NCBI GenBank assembly: GCA_051530055.1
Contig: CM121343.1
Coordinates: 7,130,021 to 7,194,020 of the forward strand
From: Neoechinorhynchus agilis
Taxonomy: Eukaryota; Animalia; Acanthocephala
Reading direction: 5' to 3'
DNA: 64,000 bases
The translations under genes and the position numbers were made by a program. Shown in pieces: positions 37,401 to 50,357 of the stretch (positions are counted from its first letter, which is position 1; each line of letters begins with the position of its first letter). The notes under the pieces were generated by a model that saw only the letters and a list, made by a program, of their open reading frames with translations, made no database searches and was not told where the DNA came from.

Positions 37401-40400
37401 ATCGATCGAGAGCATTGTATTGTTTCTTGGGCTGCGCCAAAAGACGACGGTGGAAAACCAATCTCCGGATATGTTGTCGAGAAGTGTGCACAAGGAACGA
37501 CAAATTGGGTTAAATGTGGTTCTGCTCGTGGGGATGTTCCGGAATGTGTAGTTTCCGGAATAAAAGAGGGCGATAAATATGCGTTCCGAGTAATCGCTCA
37601 AAATGAGTTAGGTGATAGTAAGCCTTTAGAAACGGATGGATATGTGGAAATGAAATTACCTTATTCTGTCCCCGAAAAACCGGGCGATGTTTCATGCGTT
37701 GGTCACACAAGTGAAAGCATTTCGATTGCATGGGATCAACCCGTTTCAGATGGAGGCAATCCAATTACTCATTATGTCGTTGAAAAAATGGATGACACAG
37801 AAGGTTCCGATTGGACGAAAGTTGGACGGACCCCAGCTAACAATCCAACAATGGTAATTCCGCGACTTGAAGAAGGTCATAAATATCACTTCAGGGTTGC
37901 GGCCGTTAATGATGCTGGACAAGGCGAATGGCAGAAAACATTGGACTCTTTGGAAGCCAGAGAACCCGACATTGCGCCAAAGTTGCTTGATCATAGCCAG
38001 GGTCTTAGAAAAATACGAATCATTAAAGGAGATCCTCTTCAGATTAATTTACGATATCAGTCTTCGCCGCTACCTCAAATTACTATTAAAAAGAACGGAG
38101 TCGATTTGGATAAACCTATGGATAAAATTGAAAAATCCGGGGCAAATTTTCTTATACCTGCCAGTGAAGTTACTGATGCCGGTCAATACGAATTTATCCT
38201 CTCCAATCCACTTGGTAAATGTATTAGTCAATATGCAGTAGAAATTATCGATGTACCCAGTGCCCCAAGTGGACCATTGGAAGCAAGTAACGTAACGCCA
38301 TCAGGATGCATCTTATCCTGGGAGCCACCTAGCAACACTGGAGGTGCAGAGGTCCAAAGATATGTGATTGAAGCAATGGATACTAAAAAGGGAACATGGG
38401 AACCAATAAGCAAATATTGCAGGGATTGCTCGTTTGAAGTCTTTGACTTAAAAGAGAACAATGAATACAAATTTAGAGTTGCAGCTGTCAATGAAGGTGG
38501 AGTGTCAGAATATCTTGAAATTGAAAAACCGATCATTGCCAGGGCGGCTGTTGGGCGACCAGAACCGCCGCGAGATTTGCAACTGGAAAAGAACACCTTC
38601 GATGAAGTGGCTCTAAAGTGGAACCCTCCGGACGATCATCACAGTGGAAAGATAATTGGGTATCAGGTAGAATGCCGGCGTGCCGATGAACCAGACGAAT
38701 GGAGTCTTTTGAATACGGAACCAATCAGGACTAATGATTTCTCAATCGATAGTTTGTTGCCGGGAAGATCATATGAATTCAGAGTCAGTGCAATTAACTC
38801 GGCTGGAGTTGGAGACCCAGCAGAACTTAGTAAACCAGTCAAAACAAAGGGTTGCAATCGTCCACCTCAAGCGCCCATGGCGCCAGAAGCGTATACGGTT
38901 GGAAATGATTTTGTTGAGATTGCCTGGGAACCTCCTTCTGAGACAGGAGGTTCACCAATATTGCATTACATAGTAGAGAAACGATTGGAAGGCGAAACTG
39001 AGTGGACGGAAGAGCCGATGACATCTATTGAACCATATAAGACGGTACATGGTCTTCCAGTTCATTCAAATGTTGAATTTCGAGTCAGGGCGGTGAACGC
39101 CCAAGGCACTTCTGAACCGAGTTTTTCAAGTGGAAAAATATTGGTTAGTACAATAAAAGACGCCTCACCGGTTGAAATCACAAAAGGGCTTCAAGATAAG
39201 CGGGTATTGCCATCTACGCCGTGCCAGTTTGTCGTTAATTATAAAGGAAGTCCTGAACCCGAAGTGCATTGGTTTAGAAATAACATGGAAATATTTCCAG
39301 GTACCAAGTATGCGATATCAACAAAAGCCGGCACTAGTACACTTACTGTTAGCGATGTTTGGCCCGGCGACAATCAATCCATTATTGGTTGTTCTGTTAC
39401 TAACCCACTTGGCGTGGCTAAATCCGAATGTATTTTGAATGTGAAGGAGGCCCCCGCTATTGGTCGATACGAGCGTAACATAAGCACTTCGGAAGGACTT
39501 AGTGCAATTCTGAAGTTACCGGTTACAGGGGATAGATCATTGGATGTTGAGGTCGTGCAATGTGGCACATCACAACCAGATGAACGTTTCAATATTTCAG
39601 ACGATGGATCAACTGTTGTTGTTGGACTTAAGAATGCGAAGAAAACTGATTCAGGGAGCTATAAAATCATCTTGTCCAATGATGCTGGCCAAGTATGCGT
39701 TCCATTTGAGCTGAGCGTAAAAGGGCCACCTGAGGCCCCTACTGGTCCTCTTTCAGTTAGCAATGTTGGTAAAGAAGGATGTACTTTACAGTGGAATCAT
39801 CCACAGGATGAATCTGGCACTAAAGTTTCACACTATACTGTTGAAAAAAGAGATCTTACAAAACCGAACACCCCTTGGATTGAGATAGCTCCGTGTTGTA
39901 ATGATACAACATTTAGTCCCACGAAACTTGTCGACGGTCACGAATATGAGTTCAGAGTGAAGGCAGTCAATGAAGAAGGCGAGAGTGAACCTTTATATAC
40001 ATCTGGATCGGTTAAGATTGAGCTTCCATATAAAGCACCGAAGACACCTCAGCAGCCCATTGCAACTGTAACCGGACCTCGATCAGTTCGACTTAACTGG
40101 GCAAAACCAACGGGTGATCATGGGCCAAATGCTCTGCAATATGTCGTCGAGAAAAAAGAAAAGGATTCTCCAGTTTGGGTAAGAGTTACCCCAAGCACGA
40201 AGCAGCCGAGCACGTGGACATCAATGGACATACCCAATCTAACGGCAGATCGGGAATATGAGTTTAGGGTGATCGCCGTCAATGATGCTGGTCAGAGCGA
40301 ACCATCAACACCATCGGAGATTGTGAACCTAGCTGATGCGAACGCAGTAAAACTTCCGGAATTGCTGAAACCACTTGACGACGCGACGGTTAACGAGGGA

Positions 40401-43400
40401 AGTGACGCTAAATTCGAAGCGGAAATATCCACGATTGATCCAAGATCGCCGGTAGACATAGTATGGATGAAGGGCGGACATGAATTGCATTCTGGACCAA
40501 ATTGCGTTATATCTAGAAGTGGAAATACGGTGTCTCTAGTGCTGAAACAATGTTCTGCAGCAATAGATGGGGAAACTATTTCATTAAAGCTCAAGAATGA
40601 CTCGGGAATAAGAAGATCATCAGCAACAGTGAATGTCAGAACTAAACCCAAAATGAAGTTGCCGTCTTCTTATCAGAGTGAAGTTCAAGTATTCGATAGA
40701 GGCCAACAAATGAACTTAAGAATCCCATATACAGCAAATCCTAAACCTGAAGTGGAAATATACATCGATGGAAAGGAAGTTGAGTTGAACAAAGCAGATT
40801 GTCCGTTTATCATAGAACAGACTCCAAGATGTCTAAACATAAAATCGGAACAAGGTTTGACTGAAAACGATACAGGACTTATAAAGGTGATCCTAAGCAA
40901 TTGCGTTGGAAAAGATGAAGCAAGTATTAGGACTGCTATTGTGAAGCCACCTGAAAAACCTACTGAGCTCACAGTTGACGATGTTTTCGAGGATGCAGTC
41001 ATATTGAGCTGGCAGCCGTCTGTGTCTGATCCTTACTCAGTAGTTACCGGGTACAAGATTGAAGTTTTGGATCAAGGCAAACCTCAAGGATGGAAGCCTT
41101 GTGGGTCAAGCAAGTCTCCAAAGTTCTTTGCTGGAAACCTTCCGCCAGGCAAGTATAGTTTCCGCGTTCTAGCCGAAAGTTTAAATGGAAATTCGGAACC
41201 GTGCGAGCCAATTGAGAACGTAGTCATAAGGGACCTGCAGAAATCCCCGAAGGGTCCAGGTTATGGCACTTCTGATGATGGAAAACCAATAATGAGCCGA
41301 AGTGACGACATGCCGTCCGACTATGATCGTTGTTATGAAGATATATGGAAAAATGGCCCACCAAAGGATACTGATTTCAAGCACATGAATTCTTTGTATG
41401 ACAACTATGATGTATTTGAAGAACTTGGCACTGGGCCTTTTGGAACAATTCATCGAGGAGTAGATAAACGAACCGGTCGGAATCACATTCTTAAGTTCAT
41501 GCCGACTCCGGACCAAAAGCAGCAAAATTTATGCTCAGCGGAGGTCAATTTGTTTGGCGACGTCAAGAGTCCTAACATTCAGCACATCGATGAGGTCTAT
41601 GAAGGACAAGATGCAACCGTTCTTGTACAGGAATTCTTATCGGGCGATGACTTGATGGGAAAACTCAAGCGTTCAGGTGATCGCATGACCGAACCGGAGG
41701 CGATTGAGTACATACGACAAGCATGTACAGCGGTAAAGACTCTACACGAAAATCACATTGCTCATCTTGATCTAAAACCGGAGCATTTTGTATTTGACAC
41801 AAAATCAAACTCGAAACGCTTGAAGCTGTGCGATCTATCACTCGCCAAAAAGATGATCCCAGAAAAAGAAATACAGGTTTCGTTAAACAGTATGGATTTC
41901 GCTGCTCCAGAAATAGTGAACAAAGAACCTGTTGGATATTTCACAGACATGTGGGCCCTTGGAGCAATAACCTATACCATATTATCTGGAGAGCCACCCT
42001 TCTTTAATCCAAACGACGAAGTAACTATGGATAATATAAGAAGGGGAAAGTTTACCTTTCCGGAAAGCAAATTCGGAAACATCAGTGATGAAGGGAAGGA
42101 TTTCATCTCGTCTCTTTTGAAAAAGCAAAAAGGACAACGGATGGATGTTTTTGATGCTCTTAACCATCCTTGGCTGCAGAAGGACACCAAAGCAGATGGA
42201 GCTTCACTTAAGCCTAACTACGACGGAATTTTTAACAAAACTCGAGCAAAATATGCTTCCTACCCGGAGCCACGTTTAGGTATCGGTCGCTCAGGTTTCT
42301 TTAGTTCGATGCAGAGGTTGGATTACAAACCATATAAGCTGTATGATACAGTTTTCGATGCGAGTGAAGCCCGGCCAAGGATAATCATTTCTAAGCACAA
42401 TTCGTATGCACTTGAGAACACCGACGTTGATCTTAGCGCCCGAGTTATCGCATTCCCGAATGCAGAAGTCAGTTGGTATCGTAAGGGAGCAGAGGTGGAC
42501 TCTGTTGGTCGTTACCATAAACATAGGCTTACCAATACATCCTACAACCTTCGGATAGATAAGTGTCAAGTCGAGGACGCCGGCGAATATGAAGTATCCG
42601 CGCTAAATAGTTATGGAGAGAAGCGGGTTTCTGTCTGGTTACATGTCGAAGCGGTCAAAAAAGCAAAACCCGTCGATATTGGTGCCGAGAAGATTGAGCG
42701 AAAACCACGTAAATACGGCCTTGATGAATTATGGCATGAGAATGAAAGGGCTCCAACATTTACTTACCTTCTACGAACGCGGATGATCCAAAGTGGGACA
42801 CCGGTTAAGCTATTTTGCACGGTAAAAGCAAATCCAGTTCCTAAAATAAGTTGGTATAAAGGTAGATCAGAGATCGGTCCCGATGACGATAGGTTTGCAA
42901 TCAGTTTCCAAAATGGAGTAGCTACTCTGGACATTGCTTCTGTTGATGTTGATGACGCTGGAAGCTATCGGTGTTCGGCTCAGAACAAACTTGGAACCTG
43001 TGAGACCACTTGTCAGTTGTTTGTTCAAGCATCGAGGAGGCATAGGAGGAAAGCAGAAAGCATGCAAAGAGTATCTTTAAAAAGAACAACATCTAGAAGC
43101 ACTCGAGCTCAGACTGAGTACCAAGATTACTCTGCGGAGACAGAAACTGAATCCTATAGCAGGCGAGTTGGATACATTAAGGAAAGCGACAAGATTGAAA
43201 CAGCTAAAAGTAAATATTTCCACTGGTTTCCCCCTTTTCTTTATTTAGTATTTCAGGTCGGCGTACCGTGGTTGGTAACGCTCCGGTCTTCACTGAGGAA
43301 CTGGCATCGGTTACAGTATATGAGGGATCCGTCCTGCAACTGAGATGCTCTGTAAAAGGAAGGAACCTAACATTTCATTGGTATCGAAGCGGATCGGTTT

Positions 43401-44315
43401 GTAGCTTGGGTGTTTAGGCGTAAATTAGATTAACACTTAATCTTGTAAAAAGGAACTCCAAGTCAGCAACAGGATAAATTTCGATTATTCCAAAGAGATG
43501 GGAGTTGCAACACTCAATATTCCCGTTGTTAAGACTTTTGACGAAGGTGATTACTCCGTCACCGTTGAAAATCAATCCGGTAAAGTGGAAAGCAGTTGTG
43601 AAGTCAAGGTGAAAGCGTTGGCTAAAAATGTCGGTGATGATATGCATCAAGAAGTGAAAGAGGGGCATGCAAGTGGAGTGCATTTTGTAAAGCATTTACG
43701 CAGTGCAAATCTAAAATCCGGGGAATCAATGCACTTGGAATGTGTGGTAGCGGGATTAAATGAGGATACAAAAGTAGAATGGTTACGGAACAACCAGCTT
43801 ATCCCTGATAATCCAGATTTTGAAAAGAGCATAAATAGCGAGGGTGCTTGTGCGCTTCATGTTGCCGAAGTATTTCCAGAAGATAGTGGAAATTTCGGCT
43901 TGGCTGTCAGTGAAAAGGACTCCGACACTATACTAACCCAGAGCGCATGCACAGTAGTCATTGATGAATCCGAGGAGTCCGACTTTTTTGTTTTGGAATA
44001 TCCACCATCACTTGAATGTAGTATTGGTCAACAAATGTCTATAAAGACAAAATTACGTTCTAAGGAACATTTACCAGGTTTTTGAAAGTACGTTGTCTTA
44101 ATCTACATTCGAATCTTTTAGTTCAATACTTGCATAATGATACGGAATTGGTTGAAAACGAGCACTATACAATAACGAAGAAAGACGACCTTACTGATTA
44201 TTGCTTGCATATACAAGCGTTGAGCGAACAAGACGCCGGAGTATACAAGCTGAATTTCTCTTCCGAAAATCAGACAACAGTACTCTCTGTCGTGCATATA
44301 TTGAACGTCCATTAA
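28469..44315 (+). CDS. unc-22: Twitchin/projectin-family giant muscle protein (N-terminal Igs, low-complexity linker, Ig/Fn3 super-repeats, kinase, C-terminal Igs); ~25-28 GT-AG introns and one ~8.85-kb exon (34357-43209)
   Basis: Fn3-Fn3(-Fn3)-Ig repeats, an MLCK-type kinase (YDVFEELGTGPFG..PVGYFTDMW..HPWL), a twitchin-like autoinhibitory tail (KYASYPEP..GR..SS) and Ig domains. Short exons link through canonical GT..AG introns. The true 5' end may lie upstream (AG acceptor at ~28447). Confidence 0.93.
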
Positions 44316-46108
44316 ATCTAAAGGGATCATCTCTTGTAGAGAACGAATGAGACGATGTAATGTTCCTAAACGTTTCTCTTATTAACTAGACAAAGACAAC
44401 ACCTCCGCCATAATTGTAGGCTTTAGGCCATATTGTTGAAATAAAATTGAGATACGGTTGTGCTCAACGGCTAAAGGTTTTAAAATACTCAAATGCGTAT
44501 GCGATCCTTTCGTTAAATAATTGATTTTAGACTCCTGTTTGTCGTATAAACAATATTTTACTCATATGTGAAATTGTAAGGTAAAATTCATGGAAGATAA
44601 AATAGGGGTACATTTCTAAAGATTTTTTGGCTTTCTATTCAAGAACCACATCCAGGAGTATTGCACAAAAATAATCAAAGGCCGATTAAGCTGAAATCTA
44701 TCGCTAGTATTCTCGCAGCTTAGAAACCATTTTGTGCATCTCCTTTCGAAATTAAAGTCTCCTGGGCGTTGGTTGGCAATCAAAATTCATTCATTATAAG
44801 GAAAGGATAATTGAGTGGATGATGGTGGGAAATTATTATAACTTGCAATTAGGGCGATTTTCGAGTGGATTAACACGAAGTTCGATTATCTATGTGACTT
44901 TTTAGCATGTCCTAAGCACGCACCTGCACCAATTTTTGGACTAATTATCTGGCGGTCATGTCACCATTCGGAAGCATTAATAACTCGTAAGGTGGATTTG
45001 TGGCACCAGGGGAGAATAGGACGTGTCGTTATCCGATCTATAAATCAATTTTTTGTTTTCGAAAATGGACACTTGGACGAGCCGTTGTAATAATAAAGAA
45101 AAATCTTCATTTTGAAGCTTTCGCTGTCTTAAAGCTTCCTCGGGAATCTACACTGGCGTGTTGAGATGTGAAGGGTACGTTAAAGCAACGACATCGAGGC
45201 GGAAGGTTCGTCCCGCCGGTTGAGCAATTCTGGAGCTTTGTCGATCTTATTTCCAGAGTCTGTGGAGAGGTCGTCATTGGCCACAAACCTGACTCTCGTG
45301 GAGAGTTTTATTTCTCCGTCGCTATTGCCCATTGAGTGGTTCGCTGCTCATGGTGTGGCCATGGTTTTGCGTCCGGATTCAGTGCTTTCTGAACGTGTTC
45401 CGTCAAACTTTGACGCAAAGTCGTTCATTTTTCCCCGATGTAGATGATCTAACGATTGTCACCGGCCAAACATCGTTCTCTGATCATCTCGTAGATCACG
45501 ATTCTTCGATTGAAAATCGAACCTTATCGGCCATTTTTGTCCATGGACTTCCCTGGGACGTGCGTACAAACAATCACGAATCTGGACATGTTTCCGACGT
45601 GCGAGGCAAAATCAAAAGACACCAACTAGCTAAACATGTCACTTTATTATTGGCTTTGTCAGATCGATCCTATAAACGGTTTCAATTGTTGTATGATCCG
45701 TCGGAGTTTCGCTCACAATCTTCGCACAGAGAAATACCTGATATTGTCCAAAAACACTAAGATTGACCTTCATAAACTGCCTTGATCGATCTACAGTATC
45801 CCTCGATAAATGAATTTTGTGCCACGTATTCTTGAATGGCTTCTGAGGCATTGAAAAATACGTCCCCTCAATTTATTCACGATTCGTTTGATGTGGCCCA
45901 AGTTCTCTTGGGATGCACACTTGATTTGTTATACGGGGACGAATGGTGAAATGTAGCTTTGTTGCACCACTAAACCGTACGTGTTTGAAATAGTGCTCAT
46001 TAGAAAATTTTAAAAAACCCAATCAATTTCGGTTCAACACTGCATACGTCACAAATGCGAAGCAGTATTTCGAGTGTTGAATAGATAATTCATTGTTATT
46101 TGTCGATA

Positions 46109-46359
46109 GGAGAAATAAATGAAATTAAGATTTTATTGGATATTTCGATCCACTATCTCGGATCTTCTTCAGCGATCTAAAACACAGGGATTCTCAATTC
46201 ACGCGTCACATAACATCCGGTGGGAGTCGCATCCTTAATTTGAAATCAGGTTTATTGCCCTCGAACGTTTCGAACCTATTTATATATAATGATTATGGGA
46301 GAAATAAATGAAATTAAGATTTTATTGGATATTTCGATCCACTATCTCGGATCTTCTTC
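46109..46359. repeat. Exact 62-bp direct repeat (46109-46170 and 46298-46359)
   Basis: GGAGAAATAAATGAAATTAAG..GGATCTTCTTC twice, offset 189. Confidence 0.95.
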
Positions 46360-47925
46360 GAGTGTAAGCATGCGATGATGCTGGTAATTGAGGTATAGAG
46401 ACTACAGCGAGGCATCAGATGGAAGAATATCTTCCAACCTTAGTATCGAATGGTGCTTTATTGAGGGCAGTTGGCGCAATACCAGTGGTGGAACAATTTT
46501 TGAATGAGGTACAACTTGCGAAACACATCGTTTGGACTTTGGATGTTAAACGAAGTAAAAGGAAAGTGCAGACCACTGGAACTGTACAACAGCCAATTTG
46601 ATTCGTCTTTCAGAACCACGAAAATAGTCCAGAATCCCACCAAGAAGACGGGCAACTTCCAAGAGTCACTGAAACTGATGAATAATGAGCATGCAAAGGA
46701 TGGAGTGACGTTCATATTGAACATAATTGAAATTTCGATGAGTATACTCCCAGTTAAAACGCATTTTATTGTTTCGAAATATTTCGGGAAAAAGCCTCGC
46801 CTCATCAGTCATCTAAAAAGTTTTTATTATATGTTATTTTGTATTGTTAAGCTCGGGTTCGCAGGATCGTCATTCCCGAAGATCGGGGACCGTATGTCCG
46901 CTAGTTTGCTTCGTTGCCTTCCATGATTTTGGACGCAGAGATGTGTAAGGCCTCAAGCACAAGACGTTGTCCAAGTTCCTTCACGGCAAAATGCGTCCCA
47001 TCTATGCAATATCCTGATGTTGGATATGGCGAATGAATGTTCAAAACGGCGAAAGACCTGTTTAAGTTGGGCGATTTTGTTCTTAATGCCCTGCATTATT
47101 TGACCGATTTATACCTCGTAACACTGAGTGCACTGCATTTTTCGTCCCTTTTTCTCAAAAGTGTTTACGAGGATGATTCCTTTATTGTTGTATAACCGAA
47201 TTTCAACCTTCGTCTTCATAATCGAGTTGATAATCTGGTTTGTTACATCGTTAATGAAGTCGACCCGTTCGAATTTAAGAGACTGCTGGTGGTTTTGTGT
47301 TATGTGGTCAAGAGTTACATCTATTAATACAGCAGTCAATTATCCATCTAAGATATCCTCATACTCTCAATTCCCCGACGATACTTTCCCTTACCTTTAT
47401 CCACATAAATCGAGTGGATGATATCATAAAAGCTCCTCGAAAATACTTCATAGGTTGATGAGTGTGGTGGTCACCACCGCAAGTTCGGATTCCGATTAGG
47501 CATATTACGCTTTTCCCAACAATTTTAAGATTCCATTGTTTTCGCCTAGATGTGGGTGTTTTTAAAATCCCAGTCTATATCTTTTTAGCACTCTTAAATA
47601 TTATACACGAACCCTAAAGTAATCATAATATTCTAACAAGCAGTCAATAGTTGGAGAAGTTCAAATTTAATCTTACGTAAACTTCATCCAGCTAAATTTC
47701 TTGGATCTTTTTTAGGGAGTAAAAATTAGCCTTTTTTGCGGAAATGTTTTATTGCATATGAATAGATTAGCAATGTTCCTTTTAATCGCTGTATCGTATT
47801 TTGCTATAGTTCAGTATGTTTTGATTCAGCATATTTGAGTTGTGAGGAGCGTGATGTGACTCACGCCCATATCCATGCTTCCCTTTTCCCAGCTTACGTT
47901 TGGTGGTTACATGGTTTTTTCGTAA

Positions 47926-50357
47926 ATGACAACAGTTACAAGGAGATCCAGCACAATCCACACGAAATCTACGACTGTACAAGATGATCATTTTGCTTAC
48001 AAAGAATTCCTAAGGAATTCGATAACAAAAGAGGATTTCATTAAGGATAAACTTCTACATGACGAAATCAGACGCCGTTTTAATACATCGACTTATGTGT
48101 GCCATTTCTTAACTTGTGACCGCAAGCAAGCTGAATTCAAATTAAAAGCGGCCTTTCAAGTAAAACAAATGAATGGATTGTATCTTACGAGGGCCTGCTC
48201 AAAATCTGATTCCGATTTTGTTATATCAATGATTTTTGACAATCATGTGTATCATTAACGCCATTCGTCTTCTTCTGCTATCTATGATTGACGAAGACTT
48301 ATGACAATATAGATTTGCTCGTCTATTCGACGTTCACTTTCGAAATTGGTCAAAAGTATTTGGCGGAATTGAAAACGTTTTAAAATACTACCACGAATCT
48401 AAGGGCCTGGTTTGTTTACTGGCAGATACGATTGGTACCGATCCTGTACCTGCGAAATATCGAATATATGGCATTAGCTCGTTTCTTCACAAATTATGCT
48501 CATACGGGCAGTTGAATCTGGTTCAAACGATATTGAATTCTCCTCAAACGATTGACATCGATGAACGCGACGACGTCGGTGATACAGCTCTCCATATTGC
48601 AAGTTCGTTTGGTCATGATGAAATAGTTCAAATATTATTGGAAAAGGGCGCAAATTTATTGAAACGAGATGAAAAAGGATCAAGTGCTTTACATAGGGCA
48701 GCAAAATACAATCATCCCACAACAGTACTCACCTTAAGCGATGGCTACTATGTCAAGAGAATTTCTTGTGGTAGTAATCATCGTAATATTAGACGCGGGA
48801 GCAGAGATAAACGCGGTAAATCTCTACAAATCGTGTCCACTTCATGAAGCATCAGCTCACAATTCATTCGCTTGTGTGAGCCTTTTATTGGAAATGGGTG
48901 CTACTCCTTTCCCGCGTGATGAACAACGACGAACACCATTTGATTTAGCGATGGCAAATAATTCAACCGAGGTTGTTCGTTTGTATACGGATTTCAAATT
49001 TCCGGATCCGGGAACTAAGCGCGAGGAATGGTTCCATGGTTCCATTAGCAAAGTCGAAGCAAAAAATTTGCTTGTAACGCAGAAGAGTGCCAATGGCAAG
49101 TTCTTAATCCGCGAAAGGCAGACAGATGAAGATTTTGTATTATCGCTTGTGTGCAACCAAAAGATGTTCAATTACGAGATAAAGAAAAATGAAAATGGAT
49201 TTTTCAGTATTGGCGATGGTCCCCTTTTTGATTCCTTGGAGCAAGTAGTGGCTCATTACACAAAGCATAGAGACCGACTGGCAACTAGATTAGGGGAACC
49301 CGTAACTCCACAACATGCGATGAATCATACAGTTCGAGGCAATCGCGATGAATCGATATCAAAAAATGGGAAATTTTCCGGAGTCGAGAATAACGTGCTT
49401 TTAACGAATAGTGAAATAGATGAAGGAAAGAAGGACTACGATGTTTCAAAAATATGCCGATATGTATCGAAAGTGAAATCTGAAAGCAGCTCGCAAGAAG
49501 TACCAAACTCACCAGGTTTACCGATTTTGTCCAAAAAAGATCTTCATTTTCACCACAAGCTGGGTGAAGGGGAATTTGGCGTCGTATACGAAGGTACATT
49601 GAAGCTTCCCAATCATCCCCAACCTATGGCCGTCGCCATCAAAAAACTTAAATCATGCTCACCGGATACTATTCGTGAATTTACACGGGAAGCAAGTATA
49701 ATGGACCAGCTTAAACACCACTGCATTGTTCGAATCTACGGCATTGTGAATGAAGGAAGTTTCATGATGGTCAATGAGTTGCTCCCGCATGGATCAATAT
49801 TAAGCATTTTCAGACAAAAGGGTTACAAAGTGAGTATCGACCATATAAAGAAATGGGCTACACAAATCGCCGATGCTTTAAATTATATGGAAGCCAAACG
49901 ATTTGTGCATAGAGATTTGGCTGCACGAAATGTCTTGGTTGCTTCGTACAATCAAGTAAAGGTTTCTGATTTTGGCTTGTCTAGAAGTACGGTGGATAAT
50001 GTTTACGAGCAACGGAGTAATGATAAAATTCCCATAAAGTGGTATTCACCCGAATCGATAGAATATGGCAGATTTACAAGCAAATCGGATGTATGGAGCT
50101 ATGGGGTTACTTTATGGGAGATGTTTAGTTATGGGAAGGAACCGTATAAGGATATGTCTGGTACAGAAGTATATCAATTCATTAAGGAGGGAAATAGATT
50201 AAATCAACCTTCTCTTTGTCCAACGTCGACTTATAGGATAATGAAGACTTGCTGGTTGAATGCTGAATCTCAAAGACCGACGTTCACTATGCTGGTGAAT
50301 TATTTTGCTAACGACAATCAGTTCAAGGGATTGGATCGACTATTACCTTCAATTTGA
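47926..50357 (+). CDS. Shark: Shark/HTK16-type tyrosine kinase (SH2-ankyrin-SH2-kinase); frame requires removal of two 52-nt hairpin elements
   Basis: SH2 (GLYLTR..DFVIS..HVYH|YRF), ankyrin repeats (GDTALHIA, SALHRAA, CPLHEA), second SH2 (WFHGSISK..FLIRE) and an intact kinase (GEGEFG, VAIK, HRDLAARN, DFG, PIKWYSPE). The start codon is uncertain. Confidence 0.88.
48256..48307 (+). other. TA-bounded hairpin element 1 in Shark (52 nt)
   Basis: TA-AC-GCCAT-TC-GTCTTC..GAAGAC-TT-ATGAC-AA-TA. It starts with an in-frame TAA. Confidence 0.7.
48735..48786 (+). other. TA-bounded hairpin element 2 in Shark (52 nt)
   Basis: TA-AG-CGATG..TACTAT..CAAGA..TCTTG..GTAGTA..CATCG-TAA-TA pairs along almost its whole length. 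Confidence 0.8.

Noticed and set aside
34724-43067. Many antisense and alternate-frame ORFs over twitchin (and 60287-61934)
   Set aside because: Shadow ORFs of a long coding exon, with no independent features.
44925-44945. AATTTTTGG Sm-site-like motif, possible snRNA or SL RNA
   Set aside because: No recognisable snRNA or leader/donor structure; the motif is expected by chance in AT-rich DNA.
45860-45940. CCCAAG-AGAA-CTTGGG hairpin with flanking ATAA repeats in a small unidentified minus-strand gene
   Set aside because: TA-to-TA removal leaves a stop, the stem is not anchored at the ends, and a 68-nt GT-AG intron explains the frame.
46250-46280. GGTTCGAAAC T-loop/B-box-like motif on the minus strand
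   Set aside because: No T stem or cloverleaf can be built.
46380-47560. Fragmentary minus-strand ORFs, one ending in a DGTHF motif (SGNH-like)
   Set aside because: No consistent exon chain or other family motifs could be assembled, so no product is called.
48070-48120. Possible third Shark insertion (HDEI|..|DRKQAE would restore the SH2 start)
   Set aside because: It is in frame and stop-free, with no TA boundaries or clear hairpin, and a 54-nt GT-AG option also fits. Unresolved.
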